Source of the DNA: Fidelibacterota bacterium
GTDB taxonomy: Bacteria; Fidelibacterota; UBA8477; JABMPR01
DNA length: 64,000 bases
Reading direction: 5' to 3'
Assembly: GCA_018650445.1 (NCBI GenBank)
Contig: JABIFX010000062.1
Span: 12,918 to 76,917, forward strand
Numbering within the stretch: position 1 is the stretch's first letter; every line of letters begins with the position of its first letter. The notes under the pieces are model-generated. The model was not told where the DNA came from and did no database searches. It saw only the letters and a program-made list of their open reading frames with translations. The translations under genes were made by a program, and so were the position numbers. Of this stretch, positions 10,173 through 20,314 are shown piece after piece.

Positions 10173-11222
10173 CTACTCCACGATATCCAGAAGAACACCA
10201 TCTTTAACATCATTGTGCCCTCGGACAATAAGTATATCTCCAGGGCTAACATCAGCTTCAATAAATACTCGGGATCCTGATAATGCGCGAATCTTGATTT
10301 CTTTCAGAACGGCTCTGCCCTCTTCTTCAGTGTAAATAAATTTTTTATCTCCATCGTCTTGAATCAGATTGAGCGGTAAGACCAGGGCTTCTTCGTAGTA
10401 TTCTTGAACAATACGAACGTCACCAACCAGCCCCAATTTCATGCCCCTCATATTGCCGGACATGCGAACTTCAACATCATAGTTATTGGACATGTTTTTG
10501 GGAGCCATGCCAATACGTAGTACGGCACCTCCAAAAACTCGATCAGGGAAGGTTTTAAACTGGATCTGGGCGAACTGACCATTTCTGATCTGCCCGATGC
10601 GAGCTTCCGGCACGGGGACAATGATTTTCAAGTGATTCATATCGGCCAGAACCATGGGTGGCTGCATGGCTCCACCTGGGGCAACCAAGTCACCAATATT
10701 TAAATTCTTGGCTACAATCCAGCCATTAAAGGGAGCACGTAAAGTGGTATTATCCATGGAGTTTTTCGCCTGAGTATAGGCTGCTCTGGCGTTATCCAGA
10801 CCAATGCGGGCCATCTCAAATTGATCAGATGAAATCACATTGGAGTTAAATAGAGCCTTTGAGCTTTCTAAATCGCGTTCGGATTTCTCATACATGGATT
10901 TTGCCTGGGCATACATGGTTGAATACACATCTGGTTCGATACTGGCCAGACGTTGATCCTTGAACACGTAGTCTCCAATATTAACCCAGATTGAATCAAC
11001 CTGTCCAGCTGATTGGAACAGCAAATTTACTTGATTTTCAGAAACGACTCTTCCAATACTATGGAAATCAATCTGAAAGGGTTGATACTTGATTGTATCC
11101 AGCGCAACCGGCACTTTTGATTCTACAATTTCTTTTACTTCTGTCTCACCGCCACAATTGACCACAACCATTAAACTTGCTGCGATAAGTAGTGTGGATA
11201 AGTATGTTTTCAACGATTTCAT
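10173..11222 (-). CDS. RND efflux periplasmic adaptor (membrane fusion protein), lipoprotein
   Basis: Lipobox-like VVNC; lipoyl-like motifs around a coiled-coil hairpin; TLRAPFNG; operon context. Confidence 0.93.
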   Translation of the reverse strand: MKSLKTYLSTLLIAASLMVVVNCGGETEVKEIVESKVPVALDTIKYQPFQIDFHSIGRVVSENQVNLLFQSAGQVDSIWVNIGDYVFKDQRLASIEPDVYSTMYAQAKSMYEKSERDLESSKALFNSNVISSDQFEMARIGLDNARAAYTQAKNSMDNTTLRAPFNGWIVAKNLNIGDLVAPGGAMQPPMVLADMNHLKIIVPVPEARIGQIRNGQFAQIQFKTFPDRVFGGAVLRIGMAPKNMSNNYDVEVRMSGNMRGMKLGLVGDVRIVQEYYEEALVLPLNLIQDDGDKKFIYTEEEGRAVLKEIKIRALSGSRVFIEADVSPGDILIVRGHNDVKDGVLLDIVE

Positions 11223-12661
11223 TATTCTTCTCCAAGGGCACGTGCCAATGAAGCACGGGCGCTGTTATATTCAAAATATGCCTGGTAAAGACCAAGTTCG
11301 GCCTGGTCGCTGGCGCTTTGGGCATCTAAAACCTGCAGTTGGCTCGCCATACCCTGTTGAAACAGTCTTTGAGCCATATCAACTCCCTTATGGGCTTGCT
11401 CTACACCTTTAAGCCCGGCATCAATTTTCCGTGAGGATTCTTTAATACTCAGGAAAATACTCTTCAGTTCCAGGAGTAGATTCTCCTTCATATCATGCTG
11501 TTGATATTCAGATTTTCGATGATCGGCTTTGGCTTTCTGTACTCTGGCAGTGGATCCAAAACCATTAAAAATTGGCATATTTATGCCCACAGCTAATGAG
11601 GAGGATTCCTTAAAACTTGCATCATCAAACCCGTCATCATTGTAAGACTTCATCTCCTGGTAAGAGCCTGTCAGAGCAATTGAAGGCATAAACTCTGCCT
11701 TAACCATGAGGATATTCTCTTTCATGAGTTTAACGTTAGCTTCCAGTTGATTCAACATGGGTTGATTGGAAATCATTTTGCGTTCTAGATCAGCCAGGTC
11801 AAGGTCATGTACAATTTCTGTTTGGAGTTCACCCAGTATCGCCACATCCTGATCAATCTGGAGACCGCAGCTACGCTTTAATCCTGCATAAGCCAATTCT
11901 TTCATTTTACGGGCATTACTCACCATGGTAGTCTGGTTAGCAACCTGAACATCAGCTCGTATGACGTCGAATTCAGCTGTTTTTCCCTGTGCATAAAGTG
12001 CTGAGACATTTTGAAGGTTCTGTTGCATGACCTCCAAAGAATTTTGCATGACAGAGACCATTTTGTCAGCCAGTAATACTCCATAATAAGCTTTCTTGGT
12101 ATTCTCAATAACTGAGAGTCGAGTGACATCAGCAGCTGAGCTTGCCAGATCACCATATACATTAGCCCCACGGATAGCAGCGATAACACGACCCTCAAAC
12201 AGCGGTTGAGTCAGACTGAGTCCATAGACCATGGTATTGTCAGATCCAAAAGCCAATTCCAGCGGAACCATCTGAACACCTGTCTGCTGAAGATGCTGAC
12301 CAGGAATAGGGATTCCATTTTGTCCGGTGTAAGGGATCGTATTCCCATTATTATCTGTCATAGCTACTGGATTACCTGCTGCATCCAGGACTCCAAATGG
12401 GATCGGAAAAGACATGGGCTGGGCGCCAATGGCGAAGCTGTGCGAGGCTTGACCAAAGGCCGAAACTACTGGGAGGGCTGAGGAAAAAGCTTCCTTGCGC
12501 TGGGCTTTTGCTTTGAGGAGGTCTTCCTGGGCATTTTGCATATTCACATTGTTATCCAAAGCAAGCTTGATAGCCTGCTTGAGCTCGAGCTCCAGGGTTA
12601 CAGCCTCCACTGAGTTAATCAACGTGAGGCTGATCACCAATGTCAGCAAATATTTATTCAT
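11222..12661 (-). CDS. TolC-family outer membrane efflux protein
   Basis: Signal peptide, LKQAIKLALDNN, twofold OEP repeat (LTQPLFEG / NMPIFNG), operon context. Confidence 0.93.
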   Translation of the reverse strand: MNKYLLTLVISLTLINSVEAVTLELELKQAIKLALDNNVNMQNAQEDLLKAKAQRKEAFSSALPVVSAFGQASHSFAIGAQPMSFPIPFGVLDAAGNPVAMTDNNGNTIPYTGQNGIPIPGQHLQQTGVQMVPLELAFGSDNTMVYGLSLTQPLFEGRVIAAIRGANVYGDLASSAADVTRLSVIENTKKAYYGVLLADKMVSVMQNSLEVMQQNLQNVSALYAQGKTAEFDVIRADVQVANQTTMVSNARKMKELAYAGLKRSCGLQIDQDVAILGELQTEIVHDLDLADLERKMISNQPMLNQLEANVKLMKENILMVKAEFMPSIALTGSYQEMKSYNDDGFDDASFKESSSLAVGINMPIFNGFGSTARVQKAKADHRKSEYQQHDMKENLLLELKSIFLSIKESSRKIDAGLKGVEQAHKGVDMAQRLFQQGMASQLQVLDAQSASDQAELGLYQAYFEYNSARASLARALGEE

Positions 12662-13275
12662 GATTTGGCTCCATTCAAAAAAACATCAATAATTTCATCA
12701 GCAATCACCTCATCCATTTGCATGTCCCCCACGTTAAGTGAACGGACCTGGCTATGAATCATTCCACTGAGGTAGGCCGCATAATGTTGGGCATTACCCG
12801 CGCGTAATTGGTCTGCATCTATGGCAGCCTGCATTTCGATGATCACCAGCCTTTTCAAATCCTGAAAGCGATCAAAGACTTCTTTGCTACGGGCATGATT
12901 CATTAATACCTGATGATTTGTCATAATCACATGCATAAAATCGGTATTGTTTCGATAGTAGTTAAACTGGGAATTGGCGATGAGGCGGATTCGATCGAGG
13001 GGATCAGAAACTGATGACAGTTGATCGTATAAGAAATCGAGCATGTTCCCCACAGCATAATCAAATGCTGAGAGGAGTAGATCATCCTTATTCTCAAAAT
13101 AATTATAAAGGGTACCTTTACCAAACTCGGCCAGAGCGGCGACATCCTCAAGTTTTGTCTCAGCAAACCCTTTCTGAGCAAAGAGATGCACTGCAGCTTT
13201 CAGGATGGCTTCCTTATTGCGCAGCTTGTCTCTTTCTTTGCGGCTTAAAACAGTATTGTTTGAACTAATATTCAT
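12658..13275 (-). CDS. TetR/AcrR-family transcriptional regulator
   Basis: AILKAAVHLFAQKGFAETKLEDVAALAEFGKGTLYNYFENK helix-turn-helix; TGA/ATG overlap with the TolC gene. Confidence 0.95.
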   Translation of the reverse strand: MNISSNNTVLSRKERDKLRNKEAILKAAVHLFAQKGFAETKLEDVAALAEFGKGTLYNYFENKDDLLLSAFDYAVGNMLDFLYDQLSSVSDPLDRIRLIANSQFNYYRNNTDFMHVIMTNHQVLMNHARSKEVFDRFQDLKRLVIIEMQAAIDADQLRAGNAQHYAAYLSGMIHSQVRSLNVGDMQMDEVIADEIIDVFLNGAKS

Positions 13276-13279
13276 AATA

Positions 13280-13293
13280 TGACTCCTGGGTCA
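13280..13293. promoter_or_regulatory. Putative TetR autoregulatory operator TGAC-N6-GTCA overlapping the RBS
   Basis: Inverted repeat 5-18 nt upstream of the TetR start, containing CAGGAG on the minus strand. Confidence 0.4.
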
Positions 13294-13408
13294 CAATTAA
13301 GTATGGAGAGTCAGAATAGCAAGAGACTTTGTTCTTTTTTTGAAATTATTTTGCACTTCTACAGACTTACGTATGTACAAGGCATGAGATTTGAATATCT
13401 TTCCCGCC

Positions 13409-14329
13409 ATGATAAATGTGATTACCAGCGAAAGATTTCTACAACACGATACCGGTTTTGGTCACCCCGAACGACCTGAGCGGCTATCTGCCTGCACTGA
13501 TGGAATTCGTAAAAGTGAATTCCTTGATCAGGTAAAATGGGTCGAGCCGCGGAGAGCCGATGTTGAAGAAATAAAGCTAGTCCACTCTCCAGCGCATATT
13601 CTTAATGTGCGCAACACTGCTGAACGCGGTGGTTTCAGCCTGGATCCTGATACCATGGTAAGCCCGGAGAGTTATGACATAGCACTTAAGAGCACCGGTG
13701 CCTGGTTGGATGGAGTTGATCGCATTGTGGGTCACCAGGAGTCTTCATTTGTCATCTCTCGCCCCCCTGGACATCATGCTGAGCGTGACAACGCCATGGG
13801 TTTCTGTCTCTTTAATAATTGTGCTATCGCCGCAAATTATGCCATGACTGTCAAGGGTGTTAATCGAGTAGCAGTTCTGGATTGGGATGTGCATCATGGG
13901 AATGGCACCCAGCATATTCTGGAATCTGATCCAAATCTGGCATATTGTTCACTCCATCAGTGGCCTTACTATCCCGGGACTGGTGCAGATCATGAAAAAG
14001 GTGATTTCAGCAATGTTCTGAATATTCCACTTTCAATTGGTTCTGGTAAATATGAATATTTTGATGCCTTTGATAAGAAGGTTTTACCCTTCCTCAAGAA
14101 TTGGGAACCTGAATTACTTATTGTCAGCGCCGGATTTGATGCCAGTCAAAACGATCCTCTGGGAGGTATGCTGCTCTTACCTGAACATTTTGCAGAATTT
14201 ACTCGTTACTGCCTGGATATTACTCCTCATCTACTGATAGGTCTTGAAGGTGGCTATGATTTGAAGGATCTTGCTGATTGTTCCAGATCGGTCGCCGAAG
14301 CGCTGATTGAGCATGAAACCCAAGATTAG
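13409..14329 (+). CDS. Histone deacetylase-family (AcuC/AphA-like) Zn-dependent deacetylase
   Basis: HPERPERL, RPPGHHA, GFCLFNN, DWDVHHGNGTQ, SAGFD and LEGGY motifs. ATG 13409 preferred over TTG 13391. Confidence 0.95.
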   Translation: MINVITSERFLQHDTGFGHPERPERLSACTDGIRKSEFLDQVKWVEPRRADVEEIKLVHSPAHILNVRNTAERGGFSLDPDTMVSPESYDIALKSTGAWLDGVDRIVGHQESSFVISRPPGHHAERDNAMGFCLFNNCAIAANYAMTVKGVNRVAVLDWDVHHGNGTQHILESDPNLAYCSLHQWPYYPGTGADHEKGDFSNVLNIPLSIGSGKYEYFDAFDKKVLPFLKNWEPELLIVSAGFDASQNDPLGGMLLLPEHFAEFTRYCLDITPHLLIGLEGGYDLKDLADCSRSVAEALIEHETQD

Positions 14330-14418
14330 GAACCTTCAGTTGCAAATAACTAGAAACACAAAGATAGGGTGCTAACCTTACGAAGGTTTGAAACCGTCTT
14401 AGGGTCATTCAATAAATT

Positions 14419-15834
14419 ATGCTAGATACTAGACGACAAGCACTGCGTTTACTGGGCAAATTGCAAATTTCCTCGACCAGACGTCTGCTTAAAATGATTG
14501 GGACTGCATTTTTTGCAGCTATGATCGCCTTCATCCCCTCCTATTCCGGTTTAGAACCGGCTGCTATGTGGACACTTTTTATCCTTATCTTTGCGGCAGG
14601 CTTATGGATGACCGAGGCAATTCCCGCATTTGCAGTTGCCATACTGATCATTGGTCTGGAAATTCTCATCTTAGGTCAACCAGGTGGTGTGTATGCCACG
14701 GGTCCAAAGGATTGGCAGATGTTTGTGAATCCCTGGGCCAGTCCTATCATGTGGCTCTTTATGGGTGGTTTTGTTTTAGGACAGGCGGCTCAAACCACTG
14801 GTCTCGACAGGATGATGGCTCGATTTGTTCTGAAATGGTTTGGATCTCGTCCCTCAAATGTGTTGCTGGGAGCCATGGGATTGACCTTTGTGTTTTCCAT
14901 GTTTATGTCTAACACAGCTACCACAGCTATGATGATGTCAGTTATGGCACCGGTCATTGCCGGGATCGATAAAAAAGATCCTTTTGTCAAAGCGCTACTG
15001 CTGGGTGTCCCTTTCGCTGCCAATGTGGGTGGAATGGGAACCATCATTGGAAGTCCACCCAATGCCATTGCTGCGGGTTTGCTCAACGAGACCCATGCCA
15101 TTAGTTTTGTCGAATGGATGACACTGGGACTCCCCCCGGCCATCGTGCTATTTTTTATTGCCTGGCTCTATTTACGATTTGCACATCCATCAAATTCTGA
15201 GACTCTTGATCTCCGTGGGCTGGAGTGGGAAACCAGAACGGGTTCGTTGCTTCCCATGTGGAAACGTCTCCTGGTATTCCCTGTTTTCATATTGACTGTC
15301 TTATTGTGGATGACCGGCTCCATACACGGTATGCCCACTGCAGTTGTCTCCTTTATTCCCATCACAATTTTTGCTGTAACTGGTATTTTGAATGTCGCTG
15401 AAGTGCGTCGCCTGCAATGGGATGTGCTAATGCTCATGGCAGGTGGGTTGTCTCTGGGTGTGGCAATTCAAAAAAGTGGTTTGGCCACCTGGGTACTGGG
15501 TCTCATCCCCATGGATACTATGGGTCTGCTTGCCATCGCATTTGTATTGGCCTATGTCACGACCTTACTGTCAAATTTCATGAGCAATACTGCTGCCACA
15601 AATATACTGGCTCCTCTGGGTATCGCAGTTGCTGTTGGTTTTGAACCTATCGTAGTTATTCCACTGGCCCTCGGTGCCTCTGCAGCCATGTGTTTGCCCA
15701 TCTCCACACCTCCCAATGCTATTGCATTTGCCACTGGAGGTATGAAAACCACAGATTTTGTCAGAGGTGGTATATTAATGGGGATACTCGGTCCTGCCCT
15801 GGCAGTACTCTGGGTATTCTGGATGTTGGGTTAA
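14419..15834 (+). CDS. SLC13/DASS-family anion:sodium symporter
   Basis: Multi-TM protein with FMSNTATT, GTIIGSPPN, MSNTAA and PISTPPNAI signatures. Confidence 0.92.
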   Translation: MLDTRRQALRLLGKLQISSTRRLLKMIGTAFFAAMIAFIPSYSGLEPAAMWTLFILIFAAGLWMTEAIPAFAVAILIIGLEILILGQPGGVYATGPKDWQMFVNPWASPIMWLFMGGFVLGQAAQTTGLDRMMARFVLKWFGSRPSNVLLGAMGLTFVFSMFMSNTATTAMMMSVMAPVIAGIDKKDPFVKALLLGVPFAANVGGMGTIIGSPPNAIAAGLLNETHAISFVEWMTLGLPPAIVLFFIAWLYLRFAHPSNSETLDLRGLEWETRTGSLLPMWKRLLVFPVFILTVLLWMTGSIHGMPTAVVSFIPITIFAVTGILNVAEVRRLQWDVLMLMAGGLSLGVAIQKSGLATWVLGLIPMDTMGLLAIAFVLAYVTTLLSNFMSNTAATNILAPLGIAVAVGFEPIVVIPLALGASAAMCLPISTPPNAIAFATGGMKTTDFVRGGILMGILGPALAVLWVFWMLG

Positions 15835-18692
15835 TTTCCGAAAACGGCTCCATGAACAAGATGGATCAGAGATGAATAACTCTCATCTGTAGCGTTTGAC
15901 ATCCCCATTTCACAAGTCCGAGATGTGGAAAAATGTCCATTCACCCCATGATGCTGGCGCACTTCTGCTGCCTCATCTCGGGTGGCATGTTCAGTAAGCT
16001 CTGGAACCAGAAAACCTCTATCGCCTGCAAAACCGCAACACCCCGTATCCTCAGGGATAATAGCCTCATGGGCACAGGTCTGGCCCACTGATAACATTTT
16101 CCCTTCCAGACCCATCTTCCGTGATGAGCAAGTAGGATGCAGAATGATCTTGTCTGCTTTGTGTTTAATATCCAGTCGAGGGATAATGGTATCATTCAAG
16201 TAGGCAATGATATCCACAATATTTAAAGCCTTCCATTGCTGCAGATACTCTCCTTCAAGGATCGAATCATAATGCAACATTTTGTAGGTACATGGCGAGG
16301 TATCCACCACAATGGGTAATTTCCCCTGCTGGGATGTCTTCCATAGAGAACGTACAGTATTTTCTGCCATGAGCTTGTAAGCTTTATTGAAGCCCTTTGA
16401 GGAATATGGGGTTCCACAACAGAGGTCTTCCAGGTGGTCAGGATAAATTGGATGTATGCCAGCCTCTTGCATAAGTTGAATAAATGCTTCTGCAGTACTC
16501 AGTGTATTGGTTTCACCTGGGGTTTTATTCATGCCCCGACTGAGACAAGAGGCGAAGTAAACCATTTCCTCTTTTTCATCAGAATTCTTGATTCGGATGA
16601 CGGGCAAACCTTTGCCGCCAGTTGGCATAAATTTGTGCCAGACGGGAATTCGCCCACCACTCCAGCGATATAGTACCATTGAGAGGGAAACGATTCTTTG
16701 GCTGCCAATGAGTCGAGTAATGGGAGTTGCCAGGTTGAGCCCCAGACGGATCATCTCCACCACAAAACTAAAATATCTGGCTGTCCACCAGGCAAGTCGG
16801 CGACTGATCAGGCCATGACTCTCTTTTCTAAAATGACGGGTTAAGTCACCTGTATCAATTTTTACAGGGCATCCCAGAGCACAGAGACCATCCACTGCAC
16901 AGGTGTCAACACTTTCATAGGCGTAATCCTTGAGCAAAACCTGAGCAGTTTCCCGTTCGGTGAAATCACCTTTCTGAAGCAGTTGAATTTCACGCCAGGT
17001 AGCAATACGCCGTCTCGGTGTCATACTCAAGTCCCTTGAAGGGCACCAGGTTTCACAAAATCCGCATTCGATACATTTGTCGACGACAGCTTCAACTGTG
17101 GGTGTTGGTTTGATATTCTTAAGATAAATCTCAGGGTCGTCATTAATGATCACACCTGGATTTAAAAGAAGATCAGGATCAATGAGGGCTTTGAGATCAC
17201 GCATAATCTCTACGGCTACCTCACCCCATTCAGTTTCAAGGAAAGGAGCCATGTTGCGACCCGTACCATGTTCAGCTTTTAAGGCACCGTCATAGGTGCC
17301 CACAGTCATCTCCACTACATCTTTGATAAAATGTTCATACTGATCCCTACCAGCGGCATCAGCAAAGGTTTGAGAAATTACGAAATGGAGATTGCCATCC
17401 TTGGCGTGACCAAAAATAATGGCATCATCATAACCATGTTTCTTAAACAGTCCCTGAAGTTCAAGGGTTGCATCGGCCAGATCCTTCAACCGGAAGCAAA
17501 TATCCTCGATAATGACAGTTGTTCCTGACTTCCTGACAGCACCAACTGAGGGCAGCAAGCCTTTACGTAGCTTCCAATAGAGCATACGGGTAGGCTCATC
17601 CTCGGTGAAATCAGCGGGATGAATTAATTTGGCAGTTTTTAGAACTTCCAGACCTGCATCCACCTTACCAGCAAGGGTTTTAGAATCAGGTGCCTGAAAT
17701 TCACAAAGCAGAGCGGCTGCTTTTTCAGGAAGCGTTTTTATTTCCTCTGACATACCCGGTTCATCCTGTATGGAACGCAGAGCTGCTCGATCCATAAGTT
17801 CCAGGGCCTGGGCTCCCGCTTTTTGCAGGGGCAGCACGGTTTGTGTTGCTGAGCGTATATCTTTAAAGAAAAGTAAGGCAGCGGATTTGTGTGGGTCATC
17901 TGCCAACGTCTTTAAGCGTACCTTTGAAATGAACCCCAGAGTTCCTTCTGAGCCAACCAGGAGATGACTTAATATATCAATAGGTTTTTCATAATCGATA
18001 AGTGCGTTCAGTGAATAGCCCTGCGTGTTCTTGCGAGTGTATTTATCTCTCACGCGTTTGTAGAGGGTTTTATCAGCGAGAACGCGTTCTCTAAGATCAA
18101 GCAGACCCTGATAAATTTCTGGAGACTGCTCTAGAAGTTGCTCGTCACTATTCTCATCGATGGTATCGTATGTTTGACCATTGGGGAGGACAAATCGCAC
18201 AGAGTCCATGGTGTGGTAGGCATTATCCTTTACGCCGCAACACATACCACTGGCATTGTTGGCAATGATTCCCCCAACCATACAGGCATCCAATGATGCT
18301 GGATCGGGACCAATTTTGCGACCATATGGTGCCAACCGGCGATTCACCTGTCCCCCAATCAAGCCAGGTTCCAATTGAATGGTTCCCTGCTCTTCATCAA
18401 AGAAAAAGTCCTGCCATTTGTTGCTGACTTCTACCAGGATCCCATCAGTAATTGATTGACCAGACAGGGAGGTTCCAGCAGCTCTGAATACGAGGGGTAT
18501 CTTACTGTGCTGAGAATATGCAAATAGTTGGATGATTTCTGTTTCGCTCACCGGCTGAACGATCACCTCTGGAATCAGCCTGTAAAAACTGGCATCTCTG
18601 GCAAAACTGTGGCGATCAATGAGTCGTGCTTTAATCCGATCCTCAGGCAGGATAGCTTTTAACGCATCCAGCATTGGGTTCTCAGGTTTCAT
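15831..18692 (-). CDS. FAD-binding, 4Fe-4S D-lactate dehydrogenase (Dld-II type oxidoreductase)
   Basis: FRAAGTSLSGQ, GHAKDGNLH, KAEHGTGRN, CIECGFCETWCP, CAVDGLCALGCP and CCG domains. Confidence 0.9.
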   Translation of the reverse strand: MKPENPMLDALKAILPEDRIKARLIDRHSFARDASFYRLIPEVIVQPVSETEIIQLFAYSQHSKIPLVFRAAGTSLSGQSITDGILVEVSNKWQDFFFDEEQGTIQLEPGLIGGQVNRRLAPYGRKIGPDPASLDACMVGGIIANNASGMCCGVKDNAYHTMDSVRFVLPNGQTYDTIDENSDEQLLEQSPEIYQGLLDLRERVLADKTLYKRVRDKYTRKNTQGYSLNALIDYEKPIDILSHLLVGSEGTLGFISKVRLKTLADDPHKSAALLFFKDIRSATQTVLPLQKAGAQALELMDRAALRSIQDEPGMSEEIKTLPEKAAALLCEFQAPDSKTLAGKVDAGLEVLKTAKLIHPADFTEDEPTRMLYWKLRKGLLPSVGAVRKSGTTVIIEDICFRLKDLADATLELQGLFKKHGYDDAIIFGHAKDGNLHFVISQTFADAAGRDQYEHFIKDVVEMTVGTYDGALKAEHGTGRNMAPFLETEWGEVAVEIMRDLKALIDPDLLLNPGVIINDDPEIYLKNIKPTPTVEAVVDKCIECGFCETWCPSRDLSMTPRRRIATWREIQLLQKGDFTERETAQVLLKDYAYESVDTCAVDGLCALGCPVKIDTGDLTRHFRKESHGLISRRLAWWTARYFSFVVEMIRLGLNLATPITRLIGSQRIVSLSMVLYRWSGGRIPVWHKFMPTGGKGLPVIRIKNSDEKEEMVYFASCLSRGMNKTPGETNTLSTAEAFIQLMQEAGIHPIYPDHLEDLCCGTPYSSKGFNKAYKLMAENTVRSLWKTSQQGKLPIVVDTSPCTYKMLHYDSILEGEYLQQWKALNIVDIIAYLNDTIIPRLDIKHKADKIILHPTCSSRKMGLEGKMLSVGQTCAHEAIIPEDTGCCGFAGDRGFLVPELTEHATRDEAAEVRQHHGVNGHFSTSRTCEMGMSNATDESYSSLIHLVHGAVFGN

Positions 18693-18704
18693 TCGATGAA
18701 TCCC

Positions 18705-19661
18705 CTATTGATTTTTCACATACTCATCGTGCATATGATGCACCAATCCATCAGCCAGGCCGAATTGGGGGACGAATATTTCATCAATCTCACCCCATTT
18801 CATAATGGATTTGAATATTTTGGAAGCATGAACAATAACATCAGCGCGGTCTGGTCGTAGATGTAATATTCTGATGCGCTCTTCTATGTTGTATGAATTG
18901 AGCATGGCATCAATCTCGTTTAATTCTGTAAATCTAACTGGCATATCATTTTTGCTGCTAGAGAGTCTGAGGATTTTATTCATGTTTCCCCCTGAGCCAA
19001 TGGCACTTAACTGAATATCAACCGGGCGGAATTCTAATACCCAGGCCTGCATATCATCCCAGACAGCCTGACTTACCTGCCGATTCAATAAACGGACCGA
19101 ACCAATGGGAAAGGAGCGTGAAATCAGGCGCTCACTCCTGGCAAAAAAGGTCAATTCTGTGCTACCACCACCCACATCAATATAGAGATAGGCCCTGTCA
19201 GGGTGGAGAGTTTCGGCGATATGGGAAGCAAAGATCATCTCAGCTTCCACGCCACCATCGATAATCTCCAGGTTTAGCTGACTTTCCTCTCTAATTCGGG
19301 TCGCAATTCTGACACCATTCTGGGCTTCGCGCATGGCCGAAGTTGCACAGGCTCGATAGTCCCTGGGTGCGTATGCTTTTAACAGATGGGAAAAGGCTAT
19401 CAGGGTGGAAACAAGTTGCTCTTCTTTTTGGGGAGAGATGACTTGATCCTTAAACACATCTTCTCCCAGACGAATGGGCATTCTTACCAGAGATTCTTTG
19501 GCAAATACACAGTGTGCCCCTGTGGTCATTACTTTGGATAAGAGAAGACGGACACCATTGGAGCCAATATCTATGGCAGCATATTTTTGTTCTGAGTCAG
19601 GAGACCAGTTCAGCTCAGGATCTCTTTTTGTCACACGAAATTTCTTAGACGATTTAGCCAT
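18705..19661 (-). CDS. ppx: Exopolyphosphatase, Ppx/GppA family
   Basis: AAIDIGSNGVRL, ATSAMREA, DVGGGSTE and RADVI motifs. Confidence 0.92.
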   Translation of the reverse strand: MAKSSKKFRVTKRDPELNWSPDSEQKYAAIDIGSNGVRLLLSKVMTTGAHCVFAKESLVRMPIRLGEDVFKDQVISPQKEEQLVSTLIAFSHLLKAYAPRDYRACATSAMREAQNGVRIATRIREESQLNLEIIDGGVEAEMIFASHIAETLHPDRAYLYIDVGGGSTELTFFARSERLISRSFPIGSVRLLNRQVSQAVWDDMQAWVLEFRPVDIQLSAIGSGGNMNKILRLSSSKNDMPVRFTELNEIDAMLNSYNIEERIRILHLRPDRADVIVHASKIFKSIMKWGEIDEIFVPQFGLADGLVHHMHDEYVKNQ

Positions 19662-19668
19662 TTAGAAT

Positions 19669-20166
19669 TTAGCTCAGATTCTTTTTTGTGAGATAGGTAA
19701 GCAGCTTTCCGCCCTTTTTGATCGCCTTTAGCCAGGTTCTGGTGTTGAACGTGATACCAACAACAGAGGACGTTGGCATGCCCTCGCGAAATTCCTTGCA
19801 TAAATTCCAGCATAAAGCATTGAAAGTTGGATTGTGCCCAAAGAGCATGAGGGTTTCAACATCATCATCAACATGGGAGATGATGTCAATCGCCTGGTCA
19901 ATTCCTCCAAAATGATAGAGAGGCTCCAGCTTGACAATATCAGCAACGGGGTAATTTAATTTCTCGGCAAAGATACTTGCAGTTTCAAGAGCCCGACAAG
20001 CAGGACTTGAAAGTATGAGATCAACATCAGTTAGATCCTGGGCGAGATGCTCGGAAATTGCAGTAGCTTTTTCCACCCCATAATCTGCCAGACAGCGATT
20101 GAAATCGGAAAAGTCAGGTGCCACTTCAATTGCCTTGGAATGCCTGATGATATACAATTTTTTCAT
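19669..20166 (-). CDS. sixA: Phosphohistidine phosphatase SixA
   Basis: MKKLYIIRHSKA, SSPACRALETA and GHNP motifs; start placed at ATG 20166. Confidence 0.88.
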   Translation of the reverse strand: MKKLYIIRHSKAIEVAPDFSDFNRCLADYGVEKATAISEHLAQDLTDVDLILSSPACRALETASIFAEKLNYPVADIVKLEPLYHFGGIDQAIDIISHVDDDVETLMLFGHNPTFNALCWNLCKEFREGMPTSSVVGITFNTRTWLKAIKKGGKLLTYLTKKNLS

Positions 20167-20250
20167 AGTTCTGAGCCCTAACATGGTAGGGTAAAACATA
20201 GCATAAACTGATATGATCTGTTAGTGAGTTTTTCAGAGATTTTTGGGGAG

Positions 20251-20294
20251 TTGTCGCTGTAGGGGCGGGGTAATCACCGTCCCCACAACGATAA
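20251..20294. repeat. Single GTAG-type REP-like palindrome
   Basis: TTGTCGCTGTAGGGGCGG-GGTAATCA-CCGTCCCCACAACGATAA: 18-bp imperfect stem containing GTAGGGGCG, intergenic between kbl and sixA. Confidence 0.5.
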
Positions 20295-20314
20295 AATATT
20301 ACTACGAGATGACT

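Noticed and set aside
15831-15834. Convergent DASS and D-lactate dehydrogenase genes sharing a TTAA stop overlap
   Set aside because: Common compact arrangement with no evidence of special function.
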